DNA from: Camelus dromedarius
Lineage: Eukaryota
DNA length: 64,000 nt
Assembly: GCF_036321535.1 (NCBI RefSeq)
Contig: NC_087437.1
Location: 17,610,001 to 17,674,000, forward strand
Direction: 5' to 3'
A program made the position numbers and the translations under genes. Below the pieces are notes generated by a model. It was not told the DNA's origin. It was given only the letters and a program-made list of their open reading frames with translations, and did no database searches. This document shows, one piece after another, positions 61,981-64,000 of this stretch; positions within the stretch are counted from its first letter, which is position 1, and every line of letters starts with the position of its first letter.

Positions 61981-63719
61981 AGTTTACCCTCGTCCCCTGG
62001 GGAGATGGTGGTAATCTCTTCAAAGAGTTTCGGCTTTCAGAACAGCAGTGAGGAGCAGGGCCTTTTCAGTTGACTTCAGCCTTCTGCCCTGTAACACAAA
62101 CACCCCTGAGACGGGAGAACGCAAAAACTTAGCCTTTTTTTGTGGAGTGAGGAGGAGAGATACAATGAAAGCAAGCCACAGATGAATGGCTCAGTCATTT
62201 TCCTGCCACACACTCTTGTTGAACATCCTTAATTGAACATCAATTACTCCCCAAAGTCTAGGATGTCTGGATTCTTACACAGTATTATCTCCATTCTGTA
62301 CATCTTCACAATCAGGACTCTTAGTAAGTAATCTTCTTTTTACCGTATCTTAAATATGCTGGCATTAAATAATGTTAGAATGCATTCCCCTTCTATCTGA
62401 AATACTGCTATTAAAGAAAAATATAAGACATCAGTGGAACGGCACATGTTAACATTCATAAAATGTAACTTTTAGAGTTCTACTGGATTTATTCTAATTT
62501 TAGTTACTAAATAATTGACAATATTCTGGATCATAAGCCTAAACTTACATTCAAAACATACACAGAGATTCTATCCCTTTGAAAAGTAAGTCAAGCTGGC
62601 TATATTTAAACCAGAAGAGGGTTAACTACTTTCAATACTTTTATTACAGTTAAGTGTTGGGCAGGATACACATTTCTCTCTAATTTCCATGAATTCCAGT
62701 GGATAGTCTGCCTTCACCATCCGAAGCTAGGTGTTGCCCCAGACTGTAGCCCAAGACAAAATGTATCCCCTGGGATCATTGCTTTTGTTTTGGCCGGAAG
62801 GGACCTTGCCTGATGAGGGCACACCTAAAAGGGGAAAGGCGGCAGCTGCAGGCACGGAGGGTGGAACCGGCCACTCGGCAATCAGATCACCAGAGTGGGG
62901 TCTCCCACCTCCTAGTCAAATCATCGTGATTACGGGCACACACATGTCATGGGAATCTGAGTGACAGATTTGAAACAGTTGAACAGAGAGACACTATTTT
63001 CACTTTATGCACAAAATGTAAAGTTATGCAACTGTCCCCAGATAAGCAGCAGCAACAACCCAGACCGGAAGCGCCCATCATGAACTGGAGGACCCAGGGA
63101 ATTTTGAAACGACGTGTGTTTTTCATGCAGCCACAGGGCGGCGCTATCTTAGCTGATCTCCGACGTCAGCATTTGTCGACCCTGCGGTTGTTTACAGACG
63201 CCTGAACTTCTGTGAGTCGTTTTTGGTGACAGTTGTCCTCATATTTATCAGTTGGTTGTTATAATTTAGCAAAGTCATCCAAACATTCATTAGGTGACGT
63301 TTGTGCAAGTGATGAAAAGCATACCGAAAAGATCAATAACTTTGGAATAGAAGTTAGAGGTGATAAAATGCTACCAGGAAGCCCCAACAACTGCCATTAA
63401 TGTAAGAGCAAGCCCTCTGCAAAATATTAGAGCTAATGCTGAGAAAACAAAAAGCAGCATTAGAGCACACCATTCTACAATGTGGTGGATTTATGTGCCC
63501 CTAGAATACAGCTCCCATTTTGCATTTGTTTCTAAGAAGAATTAGTCCTGAATTATCAGAGGCCTTCATAAGCTCATCTCTGGTGTAAACCTGAGAGCCT
63601 GTGTTTTGTTTACTGTCCCTCCCTTCTCCTACCGCGTGGTTTCAGCTCTCATCCCAGTGCCGAGTACGGTGACTGAAATATGGCAAGGGCTTGCTCAAGA
63701 TTTGTGGAATAACTGAGAA

Positions 63720-63935
63720 ATAACTAACATGTATAGAGTATTTTTCACATGCCCAGGAATCGGTTAGTACTATACGTGCATTACCTCCATTAATGCTCAT
63801 ACAACCCTAAGAAGTAAGCATTATCATCCATAGCTTTATAGATGAAAGCAGGCTCAGAGAGTTTAAGTCACATGGCCAAGGTCACACAGCTAGTAATGGG
63901 TAGAGCCAGCTCTGAGCCAGCCACCCTAGCTTATA
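63720..63935 (-). mobile_element. MIR SINE
   Basis: 'tttatagatgaaagcaggctcagagagtttaagtcacatggccaaggtcacacagctagtaa'. Confidence 0.85.
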
Positions 63936-64000
63936 CTGCCCCCGAAGCAAATTGGAGGAGGAAATGATTGTAGTTAAAACCGTAACTGGTGTCTACAGCA

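Overview
Mammalian non-coding genomic DNA, almost certainly camelid (alpaca/llama/camel). The evidence is tRNA-Ala-derived Vic-1-type SINEs and a shared family of young L1 3' ends, on a background of pan-eutherian fossils (L1M, L2, MIR, MLT1/LTR16/MER21 LTRs, MER5A, MER91A, Charlie). I found no intact protein-coding exon, and I cannot support a new multi-gene system here. The ORF track is noise except for an L1 ORF2 C-terminus, hAT transposase remnants and a cytochrome c fragment. The most informative signals are three L1-mediated retrocopies of cellular RNAs: a 5'-truncated testis cytochrome c (CYCT) copy with an unusually long 46-bp target-site duplication, a tailless 7SL copy, and a ~135-bp mRNA 3' end of unidentified origin. 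Other signals are reuse of the same target site by successive retrotransposons, a decayed Charlie/Buster transposase, a near-perfect 132-bp tandem duplication, a divergent CTCF-like motif cluster, and several TE-free candidate enhancers. Repeat subfamily names come from recalled consensus sequences and old-repeat boundaries are approximate.
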